64,000 bases of DNA from NCBI GenBank assembly GCA_014055495.1, contig WIAG01000012.1, positions 706 to 64,705 of the forward strand. Direction: 5' to 3'. Each line of letters opens with the position of its first letter. Position 1 is the first letter of the stretch. The notes beneath the pieces are model-generated. The model had not been told where the DNA came from. It ran no database searches and worked only from the letters and a program-made list of their open reading frames with translations. This document shows positions 19,496-29,833 of the stretch, in pieces. Made by a program: the position numbers and the translations under genes. The DNA is from Nitrospira sp. CR1.2. Its GTDB lineage: Bacteria; Nitrospirota; Nitrospiria; Nitrospirales; Nitrospiraceae.

Positions 19496-20803
19496 ATGCC
19501 CAAGTACGAGCCTATACTGTTGAAAAACATGCTCCAGCCCGGCTATGCCGGTTCGTTGGCCGACTATGAGCGCGCGGGCGGATACCAGGCCGTGCGGAAA
19601 GTGCTCGGCAAGCTCAGCCCGGCGGAGGTCACCGGGATCGTCATGAAATCCGGATTGCGCGGGCGCGGCGGCGCCGGTTTTCCAACCGGCGTGAAGTGGG
19701 GCTTTTTGCCGAAGGACTACCAGGGCCCCCGCTACCTCTGCTGCAATGCCGACGAGAGCGAACCGGGCACGTTCAAGGACCGCCAGCTCATCGAGCGCGA
19801 TCCGCATCAATTGCTGGAAGGAATGTTGATCGCCTGCTACGCGATCGGCGCGGCTAGTTCCTACATTTACATCCGCGGGGAATTCGTCCTCGGCGCCAAG
19901 ATTCTGGAAACGGCCATCAAGGAAGCCCGCGCAGCCGGTTATGTCGGGAAGAACATCTTCGGCTCAAACACCTCGATCGATATCTGGGTCCATCGCGGAG
20001 CGGGGGCCTACATCTGCGGGGAAGAAACGGCCTTATTGGAATCGCTCGAAGGGAAACGCGGCCTGCCCCGGGTCAAGCCGCCGTTCCCGGCCACGCACGG
20101 TCTGTACAACAAGCCGACCGTAGTGAACAACGTCGAGACCCTCGCCAACCTGCCGCACATCGTGAATCGCGGCGCGGAATGGTTCGCCTCGATCGGCTCG
20201 CCGCCCAAGAGCACCGGCACCCGGGTCTTCTGTGTGAGCGGCCACGTGAAACAACCGGGCAATTACGAAGTGCCGATGGGCATCACCTTCCGCGAGTTGA
20301 TCTACGAACATGCCGGTGGCATGCGGGGAGATAAGCCGCTCAAGGCGTTCATTCCCGGAGGAGCCTCCGCGCCGTTCCTGACGCCTGATCACCTGGATGT
20401 GAAACTGGATTTTGAATCCGTGGCCCTGGCCGGCTCCATGCTGGGCTCCGGCGGCGTCACCGTCATGGAAGAGGGCACCGACATGGTATGGGCCGCGCTG
20501 CGCTTGATGGAATTTTTCTATCATGAGTCCTGCGGCAAGTGCAGTCCATGCCGCGAAGGTAGTTCCTGGCTCGTCCAGATCATGCGCCGGATCGTCAACA
20601 AACGCGGTCGTATGGAAGACCTTGAAACGCTGACCGACCTGTGCAAGAACATCGCCGGTCGGACGGTGTGCGCATTCGGCGATGCCGAAGTATCCCCGAT
20701 TTTGAGCACGCTCAAACATTGGCGCCAGGAATATGTCGACCTGATTCAGGCGGCTGAAACAGCCAACTTGATCCGACCGGAACCGGTGGGAACGAAACAT
20801 TGA
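19496..20803 (+). CDS. nuoF: NADH-quinone oxidoreductase subunit F
   Basis: GLRGRGGAGFPTGVKW (FMN/NADH site), ESCGKCSPCREG (N3 cluster), start MPKYEPILLKN. Confidence 0.96.
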   Translation: MPKYEPILLKNMLQPGYAGSLADYERAGGYQAVRKVLGKLSPAEVTGIVMKSGLRGRGGAGFPTGVKWGFLPKDYQGPRYLCCNADESEPGTFKDRQLIERDPHQLLEGMLIACYAIGAASSYIYIRGEFVLGAKILETAIKEARAAGYVGKNIFGSNTSIDIWVHRGAGAYICGEETALLESLEGKRGLPRVKPPFPATHGLYNKPTVVNNVETLANLPHIVNRGAEWFASIGSPPKSTGTRVFCVSGHVKQPGNYEVPMGITFRELIYEHAGGMRGDKPLKAFIPGGASAPFLTPDHLDVKLDFESVALAGSMLGSGGVTVMEEGTDMVWAALRLMEFFYHESCGKCSPCREGSSWLVQIMRRIVNKRGRMEDLETLTDLCKNIAGRTVCAFGDAEVSPILSTLKHWRQEYVDLIQAAETANLIRPEPVGTKH

Positions 20804-20807
20804 TGTA

Positions 20808-20893
20808 CCTCGTGAAGCGTATCTCGTCATCGGAGCAGAACGGGCGCTGCGCATCACTCACAACACTTCACGCTTCACGAGCGACGAACGACG
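20808..20893. repeat. intergenic repeat family 1, inverted-pair copy (nuoF-nuoG gap)
   Basis: Left arm CCTCGTGAAGCGTATCTCGTC; its 15-mer CGTGAAGCGTATCTC is the exact reverse complement of 32611-32625. Right arm CACTTCACGCTTCACGAGCGACGAACGACG, ending 6 nt before the nuoG ATG. Confidence 0.6.
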
Positions 20894-20899
20894 TAGAGT

Positions 20900-23569
20900 A
20901 TGCCTGATCAAAAGCCAGAAACAGTCCGCCTGACCATCGACGGCACCACGGTCGCGGTTCCCAAGGGCACCCTCGTGATCGAGGCCGCCCGGCGCATCGG
21001 CGTCATGATCCCGCATTTCTGTTACCACCCCAAACTGAAGCCGGACGCGAATTGCCGGATGTGTCTGGTGGAAATCGAGAAAATGCCGAAGCTGCAGACG
21101 GCCTGCAGCACGCCCGTCGCGGAAGGCATGGCCGTCCGCACCGCCACCACCACCGTCGACGATGCCCACAAGTCCGTGCTGGAATTCATCCTGGCGAACC
21201 ATCCGCTCGATTGTCCGGTCTGTGACCAGGGCGGAAAGTGCGACCTCCAGGACTTCTCGCATCAGTACACCCCGACCACCAGCCGATTTACGGAAACCAA
21301 GCGCATCTTCCAGAAAGAGTACTTCAGCCCGCTCATTGAGACGCAGATGAACCGCTGCGTCCAATGTCTGCGGTGCGTGCGGTATTGCGACGAGATCATG
21401 GACGTCAAGGCACTGGCCCCGGTGGGCCGCGGCACGATGACGGAGATCAAGCACTTCGGTCCCCATGAACTCGACTGCGAGTTCTGCGGCGGCTGCATTC
21501 AAATCTGCCCGGTCGGCGCCATCACCAGCCGCTTGTCGATGTATGAATACCGCCCCTGGATGCTCAAACGCGCCGACACGATTTGCACGTTCTGCGGCGA
21601 CGGCTGCCGGATCACCGTGCAAACCAAGGACAATGAACTCATCGAGGTGAATTCCGCTCACGGGGCCGGTCGGAACAACGGCGACCTCTGCGCGCGCGGA
21701 TTTTTCGGCTTCCACGCCAGCAGCCACGCGGGTCGACTCACCCATCCATTGATTCGCCGCGAGGGCGCCCTGGTTGAGACCACCTGGGAAGAGGCGCTGG
21801 AATTCGTCGCCGCGCAGGCGCTCCGGCTGAGGTTGGCGCACGGACCGGATGCATTCGGCGGACTCATCGCCTCCCGCTGCACGAACGAAGACCTCTACGT
21901 GTTCCAGAAGTTCATGCGCCAGGTGATTGGCACCAATCGGATCGACAGCAGTGCCCGCTACGGTCATCTAAACGGTATCCAGGCCTTGCGGCGTGTCCAA
22001 GGCACCCACCGCTGGACCATTGCCTTTGAAGACATCGTCGCCGCGAATGCCCTGCTCCTGGTCGGCACCAATATCACCGAGACCAGCCCGATCACCGGCC
22101 TGAAGGTCAAAGAAGCCGTCAAGAAACGGCAGGCTTCCCTCGTCACGATGGAAACTCTGCGCCCGGCCGTGGATACGCTGAGTAACATCGCGAACCTGGC
22201 CACCCAACATTTCCAGACCCACCCCGAGCAATTCGGCAACACCGTCCTCGGGCTGCTCAAGGCCGTCGTGGAAGGCCATCTCGTGGACGCCTCCCTGGCC
22301 CAACAGTCACCGGCCTTCGTCCAACGGGTCACCGAAGCCCTGCACGGCATCTCCTGGGAAACGTTGGAAACCGCCACCGGCCAGCCGCGGACTCAATGGG
22401 CAGAGACCGCTCAACTCTTGGCGAAGGCCAAGCGCCTGGTCGTGCTGGTCGGCAACGGGATTTTGCGTCAACCGGACGCGGAGGCGACGACCACGAATCT
22501 CCTCGACCTCTTGATCCTCCTTGGCAAACTTGACCAGCCCGGCTGCGGACTCGGACCGCTGGCGGAAGAGAACAATGATCAGGGCGCAGTGGAAATGGGC
22601 GCGGTCGCCGAATTCATTCCCGGACCGATGCCGCTCAACGATCAACCGGCCCGTGACCGCATCACCTCGGTCTGGCGGGAAGAATTACCACGCTCCCCGG
22701 GCGCCTCGCTCCCGGAGATGCTTGCCGCAGCCGACAAGGGGGCACTCAAAGCCTTGTTCGTCATCGGCGAAAACCCCGTCGGCACCTTGCCCGCTGCAGC
22801 CCGAGCCAAAGAGGCATTGGCCAAACTGGAGCTCCTGGTCTGTCAGGAACTCTTTCTCACTGAAACGGCGGCGATGGCCCACGTGGTCCTCCCCGCCTGC
22901 TCATACATGGAGAAGGACGGCACCTTTACCAATTCCGAAGGCCATGTCCAGGCCGTTCGACAGGCGATCAATCCGATCGGCGACAGCCGCCCGGATTGGG
23001 AAATGGTGTCGGCCATATCGGTCTTGATGGGAGCCCCGTTGGAATACGGTGACGCGCGGGAAATTCTCAAGGAAATCCGGGACGTCATCCCCGGCTACGG
23101 CCTGCTGGGACCGACACCGACGCCCCCGAAGGTCGACCAGAGCATAGTGACCCGTTACCTGGACGAAGGTTCCGCTCTCGACATTTCGGCACGCTACGCC
23201 GTTCACCAAGTCGTGAAGCCGGCCGATGCCCCCTTCACGCTGGTCCTTACCCAATCGCTGTTCCACTCGGGGAAGTTGTCGACACGTTCAAAGGGGCTCC
23301 TGGAACTACAGAAAGACGGGGTGCTGTCGATCAATCCATCGGATGCCGCCACATTGGGGCTCACGGACGGCGCCACGGTGAGGGTGTCCAATACGGGCGG
23401 GGCCATTACCACCACGGTGAAACTGCGCGAACGGGTGCCGGCCGGGGTCTTGTGGTTTCCTGAGCATTTTGATGGCGAGGCCAAAGAACTCGCGGAATGG
23501 ACGATTGATCCCCGGACTCAAATCCCCTATTTTAAGCGCGCACACGTATCTCTGGCGAAGGTCTCGTAG
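20900..23569 (+). CDS. nuoG: NADH-quinone oxidoreductase subunit G (long, molybdopterin-like C-terminal domain)
   Basis: N-terminal 2Fe-2S CYHPKLKPDANCRMCLVE, HPLDCPVCDQGGKCDLQD, CVQCLRCVRYC, then a molybdopterin-oxidoreductase-like domain. Confidence 0.95.
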   Translation: MPDQKPETVRLTIDGTTVAVPKGTLVIEAARRIGVMIPHFCYHPKLKPDANCRMCLVEIEKMPKLQTACSTPVAEGMAVRTATTTVDDAHKSVLEFILANHPLDCPVCDQGGKCDLQDFSHQYTPTTSRFTETKRIFQKEYFSPLIETQMNRCVQCLRCVRYCDEIMDVKALAPVGRGTMTEIKHFGPHELDCEFCGGCIQICPVGAITSRLSMYEYRPWMLKRADTICTFCGDGCRITVQTKDNELIEVNSAHGAGRNNGDLCARGFFGFHASSHAGRLTHPLIRREGALVETTWEEALEFVAAQALRLRLAHGPDAFGGLIASRCTNEDLYVFQKFMRQVIGTNRIDSSARYGHLNGIQALRRVQGTHRWTIAFEDIVAANALLLVGTNITETSPITGLKVKEAVKKRQASLVTMETLRPAVDTLSNIANLATQHFQTHPEQFGNTVLGLLKAVVEGHLVDASLAQQSPAFVQRVTEALHGISWETLETATGQPRTQWAETAQLLAKAKRLVVLVGNGILRQPDAEATTTNLLDLLILLGKLDQPGCGLGPLAEENNDQGAVEMGAVAEFIPGPMPLNDQPARDRITSVWREELPRSPGASLPEMLAAADKGALKALFVIGENPVGTLPAAARAKEALAKLELLVCQELFLTETAAMAHVVLPACSYMEKDGTFTNSEGHVQAVRQAINPIGDSRPDWEMVSAISVLMGAPLEYGDAREILKEIRDVIPGYGLLGPTPTPPKVDQSIVTRYLDEGSALDISARYAVHQVVKPADAPFTLVLTQSLFHSGKLSTRSKGLLELQKDGVLSINPSDAATLGLTDGATVRVSNTGGAITTTVKLRERVPAGVLWFPEHFDGEAKELAEWTIDPRTQIPYFKRAHVSLAKVS

Positions 23570-23593
23570 GACGAGACGAGGAGTATTGTTGTC

Positions 23594-24661
23594 ATGGAAA
23601 TCGGATTACGACTGGCGGTGTCCCTCGCTCAAATCGCCGCGGTAATGGGAGTGGTGATGCTGACCGTCATGGTCCTCACCCTCGCAGAGCGAAAAGTACT
23701 CGGCTGGATGCAGGATCGCATGGGTCCGATGGAAGTCGGTCCCTACGGCGTGCTCCAACCGATCGCCGACGGACTGAAACTCTTCTTTAAGGAAGACATC
23801 ATCCCGGCCGGAGCCAACCGCTTTCTCTTCACGCTTGCGCCGATTCTGGCGCTGGTGCCGGCCATGATCGGCTTTGCGGTGATTCCCTTCGGGCCGAGCA
23901 TGACCATCGAACTGTTCGGCATGCAGGTCAAGCCGTTCGTGATCAGCGACATCAACATCGGCATTCTGTACATTCTGGCCTTTGCCTCGATCGGCGCCTA
24001 CGGCATCATCCTCGGCGGCTGGTCGTCGAACAGCAAATACTCGCTCCTCGGCGGCCTCCGTTCCGCCGCGCAGGTCATCAGCTACGAATTGAACGTCGGT
24101 CTCGCGATCGTCGGGGTGATTCTGCTGTCCGGCTCTCTTAGTCTCGTGAAGATCACCGAGGCGCAGGCCGGCGGGTTCTGGAACTGGTTCGTCATCGCCA
24201 TGCCCTTCCCGCAGATTTTCGCGTTCGTCGTGTATGTCATCTCGTCCGTCGCGGAAACCAATCGCGTGCCCTTCGACCTTCCGGAAGCGGAAAGCGAATT
24301 GGTGGCGGGATTCTTTACGGAATACAGCGGTATGCGGTTCGCCTTCTTCTTCATCGCGGAATACGCGAACATGATCCTGGTCTCCTGTGTCGCCGCCGCC
24401 CTCTTTCTCGGCGGGTGGAACGCCCCCTATCCCGGCACCATCCTGGGGCACCTCGGGCTGGACGCACTGGCCTGGATTGAAAACGTCGTCTGGTTTGCCG
24501 CAAAGGTGTACTTCTTCCTGTTCCTGTTCTTCTGGCTGCGGGCGACGCTGCCCCGCCTGCGGTACGACCAACTGATGCGATTCGGGTGGAAAGTGATGCT
24601 GCCCATCGCGCTCGGCAACATCGTGTTAACGGCAATTGCCGCCTACTTCTTCCCGCGGTAA
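23594..24661 (+). CDS. nuoH: NADH-quinone oxidoreductase subunit H
   Basis: LAERKVLGWMQDRMGPMEVGPYGVLQPIADGLKLFFKED and VAETNRVPFDLPEAESELVAGFFTEYSG. Confidence 0.96.
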   Translation: MEIGLRLAVSLAQIAAVMGVVMLTVMVLTLAERKVLGWMQDRMGPMEVGPYGVLQPIADGLKLFFKEDIIPAGANRFLFTLAPILALVPAMIGFAVIPFGPSMTIELFGMQVKPFVISDINIGILYILAFASIGAYGIILGGWSSNSKYSLLGGLRSAAQVISYELNVGLAIVGVILLSGSLSLVKITEAQAGGFWNWFVIAMPFPQIFAFVVYVISSVAETNRVPFDLPEAESELVAGFFTEYSGMRFAFFFIAEYANMILVSCVAAALFLGGWNAPYPGTILGHLGLDALAWIENVVWFAAKVYFFLFLFFWLRATLPRLRYDQLMRFGWKVMLPIALGNIVLTAIAAYFFPR

Positions 24662-24670
24662 GGGAGTGCC

Positions 24671-25243
24671 ATGAACGCCGCCGCTACAACAGACACCAAA
24701 CGGAAACCGTTCAGCGAGTGGCTGAAGACGTTGACGTTCTATGAACTGCTGGTGGGAATGAAGGCCACGCTCACGCACTTGCTTAACTACAAACCGATCA
24801 CACTGCAGTATCCGCACGAGAAACGCCTGCTGCCGGACAACTACCGCGGCATGCTCTCGCTGTTGCGTTACGACGACGGGACGGAAAAATGCGTGGGGTG
24901 CGACCTCTGCGAAGCGGCCTGCCCGTCGCGGGTCATCCGAGTCGTCAGCGGAGAAGTTCCCGGGGAGCCGACCAAGCGGTATTCGAAAGAATACTATATG
25001 GACATGACGCGCTGTCTGTTCTGCGGTCTCTGCGTCGACGCCTGTCCCGTGGATGCCCTGGCCATGACTCGCGAATTCGAATGGGCCGTGTACGACAAGC
25101 GCCAACTCCATCTCAATAAGCAACAGCTGCTCGCCATCGGCGACCGCGCGTTTCCCGTCCGGGAAAAGCGCCTTGAGCTGCAGCACCCGAACGTGGCGTT
25201 TTTTAACGTCACGTTCAAGCATCTCCCGCAAAAGGAGAACTAG
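24671..25243 (+). CDS. nuoI: NADH-quinone oxidoreductase subunit I
   Basis: Two 4Fe-4S motifs: CVGCDLCEAACP and CLFCGLCVDACP. Confidence 0.96.
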   Translation: MNAAATTDTKRKPFSEWLKTLTFYELLVGMKATLTHLLNYKPITLQYPHEKRLLPDNYRGMLSLLRYDDGTEKCVGCDLCEAACPSRVIRVVSGEVPGEPTKRYSKEYYMDMTRCLFCGLCVDACPVDALAMTREFEWAVYDKRQLHLNKQQLLAIGDRAFPVREKRLELQHPNVAFFNVTFKHLPQKEN

Positions 25244-25374
25244 GCCGCCCGCCTCGTCCTCCGTGCTGGCCCCCCACACAGAGACGATCCAGGCAAAACG
25301 GGCTGCCACCAGGCCGATAACCGGGGCACCAGGGGGCAGGGCCATTGACTTGATTCAGACACGATAACGGACGC

Positions 25375-25887
25375 ATGAACCACATTTTCTTCTTTTATTT
25401 TGCCGCAGTGATCGCCGGCACCTCCGTGCTGGTGGTTGCCTTGCGAAACCCTGTCTACAGCGCGCTGGCGTTGTTGATCATGTTTTTTCACGTGGCAGGC
25501 CTGTACGTCACGCTGCATGCGGAGTTCCTGGCCGCCGTGCAGATCGTCGTGTATGCCGGCGCCATCCTGGTGTTGTACCTCTTCGTCGTCATGCTGCTGA
25601 GCATCCGATCCGAGGAGCGCTACCACAATCAACTTCCTGTGGCGGGACTCCTGGGCGTGACGCTCTGCACGGAAGTGCTGCTGCTGCTCATTCAATCCCG
25701 TACCGCCCCGTCGGCTCCGGGAAGGTCCGTAGAGGCCGCCGCGGAAACCGGCAATACGGAGATGATCGGCGAAGCCTTGTACTCTACCTATCTGTTTCCC
25801 TTCGAGGTCGCTTCCTTGATCCTGTTGGTCGCGATGATCGGCGCGATCATTCTGGCCAAGAAGGACATCATCGAGACGACAGAGTGA
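25375..25887 (+). CDS. nuoJ: NADH-quinone oxidoreductase subunit J
   Basis: 170 aa, polytopic. NPVYSALALLIMFFHVAGLYVTLHAEFLAAVQIVVYAGAILVLYLFVVM is typical ND6/NuoJ. Confidence 0.92.
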   Translation: MNHIFFFYFAAVIAGTSVLVVALRNPVYSALALLIMFFHVAGLYVTLHAEFLAAVQIVVYAGAILVLYLFVVMLLSIRSEERYHNQLPVAGLLGVTLCTEVLLLLIQSRTAPSAPGRSVEAAAETGNTEMIGEALYSTYLFPFEVASLILLVAMIGAIILAKKDIIETTE

Positions 25888-25971
25888 ACGGTTGCCAGGC
25901 GAGAGGGGCCCAGCTGTGTATCGGACCGACATGACCATGCATCACCCGTCACCCATAACCGGCAGGCGCGC

Positions 25972-26277
25972 ATGACCGTCCCCTTATCCTATTATTTGGT
26001 CCTGAGCGGGTTTGTGTTTCTCACCGGTGTGGTGGGGGTGCTGATCCGGCGCAACATCATCGTCATCTTACTGTCGGTCGAGCTGATGCTGAATGCCACG
26101 AATATCAACTTCGTGGCCTTCTCCCAATATTTCCATCAGGTAGCCGGCCAGGTCTTCGTATTTTTCGCGTTGACCGTGGCGGCGGCGGAGGTGGCCGTGG
26201 GACTGGCCATCATTATCGCCCTGCACCGAACCAACTCGTCGATCTATATCGATGATCTCAACCTGTTGAAACGGTAA
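25972..26277 (+). CDS. nuoK: NADH-quinone oxidoreductase subunit K
   Basis: 101 aa, 3 [21 protein letters not shown]...[15 protein letters not shown]. Confidence 0.95.
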   Translation: MTVPLSYYLVLSGFVFLTGVVGVLIRRNIIVILLSVELMLNATNINFVAFSQYFHQVAGQVFVFFALTVAAAEVAVGLAIIIALHRTNSSIYIDDLNLLKR

Positions 26278-26288
26278 CTGCTGGCACC

Positions 26289-28187
26289 ATGCTGTACGCG
26301 CTGATTCCATTCCTCCCCTTGTTCTCGTTCCTGATCGTCGGTATCGGCGAACGGTGGATCAAAGACCGCGCGCACCTGGTGGCCGTCCCAGCCATGGTGG
26401 GGTCCTTCCTGCTGTCGCTGTTGGCCCTCCATGACGTCGCCACCGGCGCCCCCGTCAATGTGACCCTGTATACCTGGCTGACATCAGGCAACCTGGACAT
26501 TCATATCGGGATCTCCATCGATCGCCTGACGGCCGTCATGTTGATCCTGGTCACGACCGTCAGCACGCTGGTGCACATCTACACCATCGGGTACATGCAC
26601 GACGAACCGGGATACGCGCGCTTTTTCGCCTATATCGCCCTGTTCACCTTCTCGATGCTGATGTTGGTGATGGCGGACAACCTCTTACAGTTGTTCGTCT
26701 TTTGGGAAGCGGTCGGACTCTCCTCCTACCTGCTCATCGGACATTGGTATGAGCGGCCGAGCGCCTGCGCAGCCGCAACGAAGGCTTTTCTGGTCAACCG
26801 CGTCGGAGACTTCGGCTTTATCCTCGGGCTCTTCCTCGTGTGGTTGACCTTCGGCTCACTCGATTACGTCACGATCTTTGCGCACGCGCAAGAACTGGCA
26901 TCCAACACGACGAACCTGCTCGGCCCCTTCGGTGGGACCTGGAACGTGTCGGTCATGACCATGATCTGCCTCCTGCTCTTTACCGGCGCAGTCGGCAAAT
27001 CCGCGCAAGTTCCCTTGCATGTCTGGCTCCCGGACGCCATGGAAGGCCCGACCCCGATTTCGGCTTTGATCCATGCCGCGACCATGGTGACGGCCGGAGT
27101 ATTCATGGTGGCGCGGCTCTCCCCGCTCTACGATTTGTCGCCCGTCGCGCTGACTGTCGTCGCCGTCATCGGGGGCATCACCATGATGCTCGGAGCCACC
27201 ATCGCCTTGACCCAGACCGACATTAAACGCGTCGTGGCCTACTCGACCATGAGCCAACTCGGCTACATGGTGATGGCCTGCGGCCTGGGTGCGTACGGCG
27301 CGGGCATGTATCACCTGCTGACCCACGGGGCGTTTAAGGCGCTGCTGTTCCTCGGCTGCGGGTCGGTCATCATCGCCCTGCACCACGAGCAGGACATGCG
27401 CCACATGGGCGGCTTGAGAGACACACTGCCGGTCACCTATTGGACGTTTCTGATTGGCTCCCTGGCCTTGGCTGGGTTTCCGCTCACGGCCGGATTCTTC
27501 AGCAAGGACGACCTGCTCGTATCCGCCTGGTCGGCCGGCCCGCTGGGCCAGGTCCTGGCCATCTGCGGATTGATCACAGCCGGAGTCACCGCCTTTTACA
27601 GTTTCCGGCTGGTCTTCGTCACCTTCTGGGGCACGTCCCGCGTGGATCCGCACCATGCCAAACACATCCATGAGCCGTCGACCACCATGACCGCCCCGCT
27701 GATGGTTTTGGCCGTACTGAGCATCGTCGCCGGCTACCTTGGCATTCCAGCGTTTTTAGAACCGGTTTTCCATGGCGAGGGGGCGGCGGCGCACCACGAG
27801 GGTGGCGCGGCCATGGGCATCATGGCAGTGGCCACGCTGATGGGACTGAGCGGCATCGCCGCGGCCTACTATCTGTACGTGCTCAATCCGACGCTGCCTG
27901 ACCGTCTGGCGCAGCAATGGCGCGCCGCGTACGAGCTTTCGTTGCACAAGTGGTACATCGATGAGGCCTATGACCGGTCGTTCGTCCGCCCCACGCTGGC
28001 GGCCGCACAAGGGATGTGGAAACACATCGATGTGGCGATTATCGATGGTGCGGTCAATGGAGTGGCCCGGGCGATTGCCTGGGGAGGCTGGTTCATTCGC
28101 CTGACGCAGAGCGGACAAACACAACATTATGCGCTCGGGATGACGCTGGGCGCCGTCGTCATCCTGACGGTGTATTTGCTGCTGTAG
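26289..28187 (+). CDS. nuoL: NADH-quinone oxidoreductase subunit L
   Basis: 632 aa antiporter-like subunit. FVFWEAVGLSSYLLIGHWY, GKSAQVPLHVWLPDAMEGPTPISALIHAATMVTAGV. Confidence 0.96.
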   Translation: MLYALIPFLPLFSFLIVGIGERWIKDRAHLVAVPAMVGSFLLSLLALHDVATGAPVNVTLYTWLTSGNLDIHIGISIDRLTAVMLILVTTVSTLVHIYTIGYMHDEPGYARFFAYIALFTFSMLMLVMADNLLQLFVFWEAVGLSSYLLIGHWYERPSACAAATKAFLVNRVGDFGFILGLFLVWLTFGSLDYVTIFAHAQELASNTTNLLGPFGGTWNVSVMTMICLLLFTGAVGKSAQVPLHVWLPDAMEGPTPISALIHAATMVTAGVFMVARLSPLYDLSPVALTVVAVIGGITMMLGATIALTQTDIKRVVAYSTMSQLGYMVMACGLGAYGAGMYHLLTHGAFKALLFLGCGSVIIALHHEQDMRHMGGLRDTLPVTYWTFLIGSLALAGFPLTAGFFSKDDLLVSAWSAGPLGQVLAICGLITAGVTAFYSFRLVFVTFWGTSRVDPHHAKHIHEPSTTMTAPLMVLAVLSIVAGYLGIPAFLEPVFHGEGAAAHHEGGAAMGIMAVATLMGLSGIAAAYYLYVLNPTLPDRLAQQWRAAYELSLHKWYIDEAYDRSFVRPTLAAAQGMWKHIDVAIIDGAVNGVARAIAWGGWFIRLTQSGQTQHYALGMTLGAVVILTVYLLL

Positions 28188-28270
28188 CTGACAGAGAGAG
28201 TGGCATCCCTGATGCCCGGTAGGTTCTTCCACGCTTCATGTTTCGCGTGTCACCGGTGGAGTAGATTGTC

Positions 28271-29833
28271 GTGACGTCCTTTCCCTGGTTGAGCCTGATC
28301 GTCTTCTTCCCGCTGATCGGAGCCGTGCTCTGCTTCCTGGTCAAGGCGGAGTCCTCGCGGTGGGTTGCGCTGGGCTTCACAGTCGGTAATTTTCTGTTCT
28401 CGCTCCCCCTGTGGTGGCTGTTCGATTCGTCCACCGCCGCCATGCAATTCGTCGAGCAGGCCTCGTGGATCAACTCTCCTCCGGTGCGCTATAGCCTCGG
28501 CATGGACGGCATCAGCTTCCCGCTCGTGCTGATGACGACGTTCCTCATGCCCTTCTGCGTCACCGTGTCCTGGACCGCCATCGAGAAACGCGTGCCGCTC
28601 TTCATGTCCATGTTACTGGTGATGGAAACGGCGATGTTGGGCGTGTTCGTCGCGCTGGACTTCATCCTGTTCTACGTCTTTTGGGAAGCCATGCTGATCC
28701 CGATGTATCTGTTGATCGGCGTCTGGGGCGGGCCCAACCGGCTGTATGCCGCCATCAAGTTCTTTCTGTACACCCTGGCCGGAAGCGTCCTACTGCTGGT
28801 CGCCATTTTGGCTCTCTACTTCCAGGGTGGCCATACCTTCGACATTCTGGAACTGAGCCGCGGCACCTATGGCGCCACCCTCCAAATGTGGCTGTTCCTG
28901 GCCTTCTTCGCAGCCTTCGCCGTGAAAGTGCCGATGTTCCCGTTCCACACCTGGTTGCCGGATGCCCACGTCGAGGCACCGACCGCAGGCAGCGTCATCC
29001 TCGCGAGTGTCCTGCTGAAGATGGGCACCTACGGATTCCTGCGCTTCACGTTGCCCATGCTGCCGGACGCCACGGCGGCCTTCACCAAACCGATGATCGC
29101 TCTCTCGATCGTCGCCATCATCTACGGCGCCTATATGGCCCTGGCGCAGACGGACATCAAGAAACTGATCGCCTATTCCAGCGTCAGCCACATGGGTTTT
29201 GTCACGTTGGGGATCTTCGTCCTGAATATCCAGGGCATTGAAGGCGCGGTCATGCAGATGGTGAATCACGGCATCACGACCGGCGGGCTCTTCCTCTGCG
29301 TGGGCATCATCTATGAACGGACACACAGCCGCCAGATTGCCGACAACACCGGATTAGCGGGCCCCATGCCGCGATACGCGCTGTTTCTGATGATTTTTGC
29401 GTTGTCGTCGTTGGGACTGCCGGGCACCAACAGTTTCGTGGGGGAATTCCTGGTGCTGGCCGGCACCTTCGTCTGGAGCCAGTTCGCCACCGCCCTGGCC
29501 GCACTGGGGGTCATTCTGGCCGCCGCCTACATCCTCTGGCTGATGCAGCGCGTGGTGTTCGGCACCCCCGCCGCCGCCCATCGCGCCCATCTCCTCGACC
29601 TCAATGCCAGGGAGACGGCGACGCTGGTGCCGTTGATCGTGCTGGTGTTCGTCCTGGGGATCTTTCCGAACCCGCTCTTGAGCCGCATGCACGCCAGCGT
29701 GACCCACCTGTTGAACGGACCGAAGGCTCCGGCCTACGCGACGGCGCCGTCCCCGACCCTGCCGGTAGCGGCCACCACGACGGTAGCGGCCACCCAGCCC
29801 ATTTCATCTTCTGAACAGGCAGCCACACGATGA
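28271..29833 (+). CDS. nuoM: NADH-quinone oxidoreductase subunit M
   Basis: FYVFWEAMLIPMYLLIGVWGG and KVPMFPFHTWLPDAHVEAPTAGSVILASVLLKMG. GTG start. Confidence 0.95.
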   Translation: MTSFPWLSLIVFFPLIGAVLCFLVKAESSRWVALGFTVGNFLFSLPLWWLFDSSTAAMQFVEQASWINSPPVRYSLGMDGISFPLVLMTTFLMPFCVTVSWTAIEKRVPLFMSMLLVMETAMLGVFVALDFILFYVFWEAMLIPMYLLIGVWGGPNRLYAAIKFFLYTLAGSVLLLVAILALYFQGGHTFDILELSRGTYGATLQMWLFLAFFAAFAVKVPMFPFHTWLPDAHVEAPTAGSVILASVLLKMGTYGFLRFTLPMLPDATAAFTKPMIALSIVAIIYGAYMALAQTDIKKLIAYSSVSHMGFVTLGIFVLNIQGIEGAVMQMVNHGITTGGLFLCVGIIYERTHSRQIADNTGLAGPMPRYALFLMIFALSSLGLPGTNSFVGEFLVLAGTFVWSQFATALAALGVILAAAYILWLMQRVVFGTPAAAHRAHLLDLNARETATLVPLIVLVFVLGIFPNPLLSRMHASVTHLLNGPKAPAYATAPSPTLPVAATTTVAATQPISSSEQAATR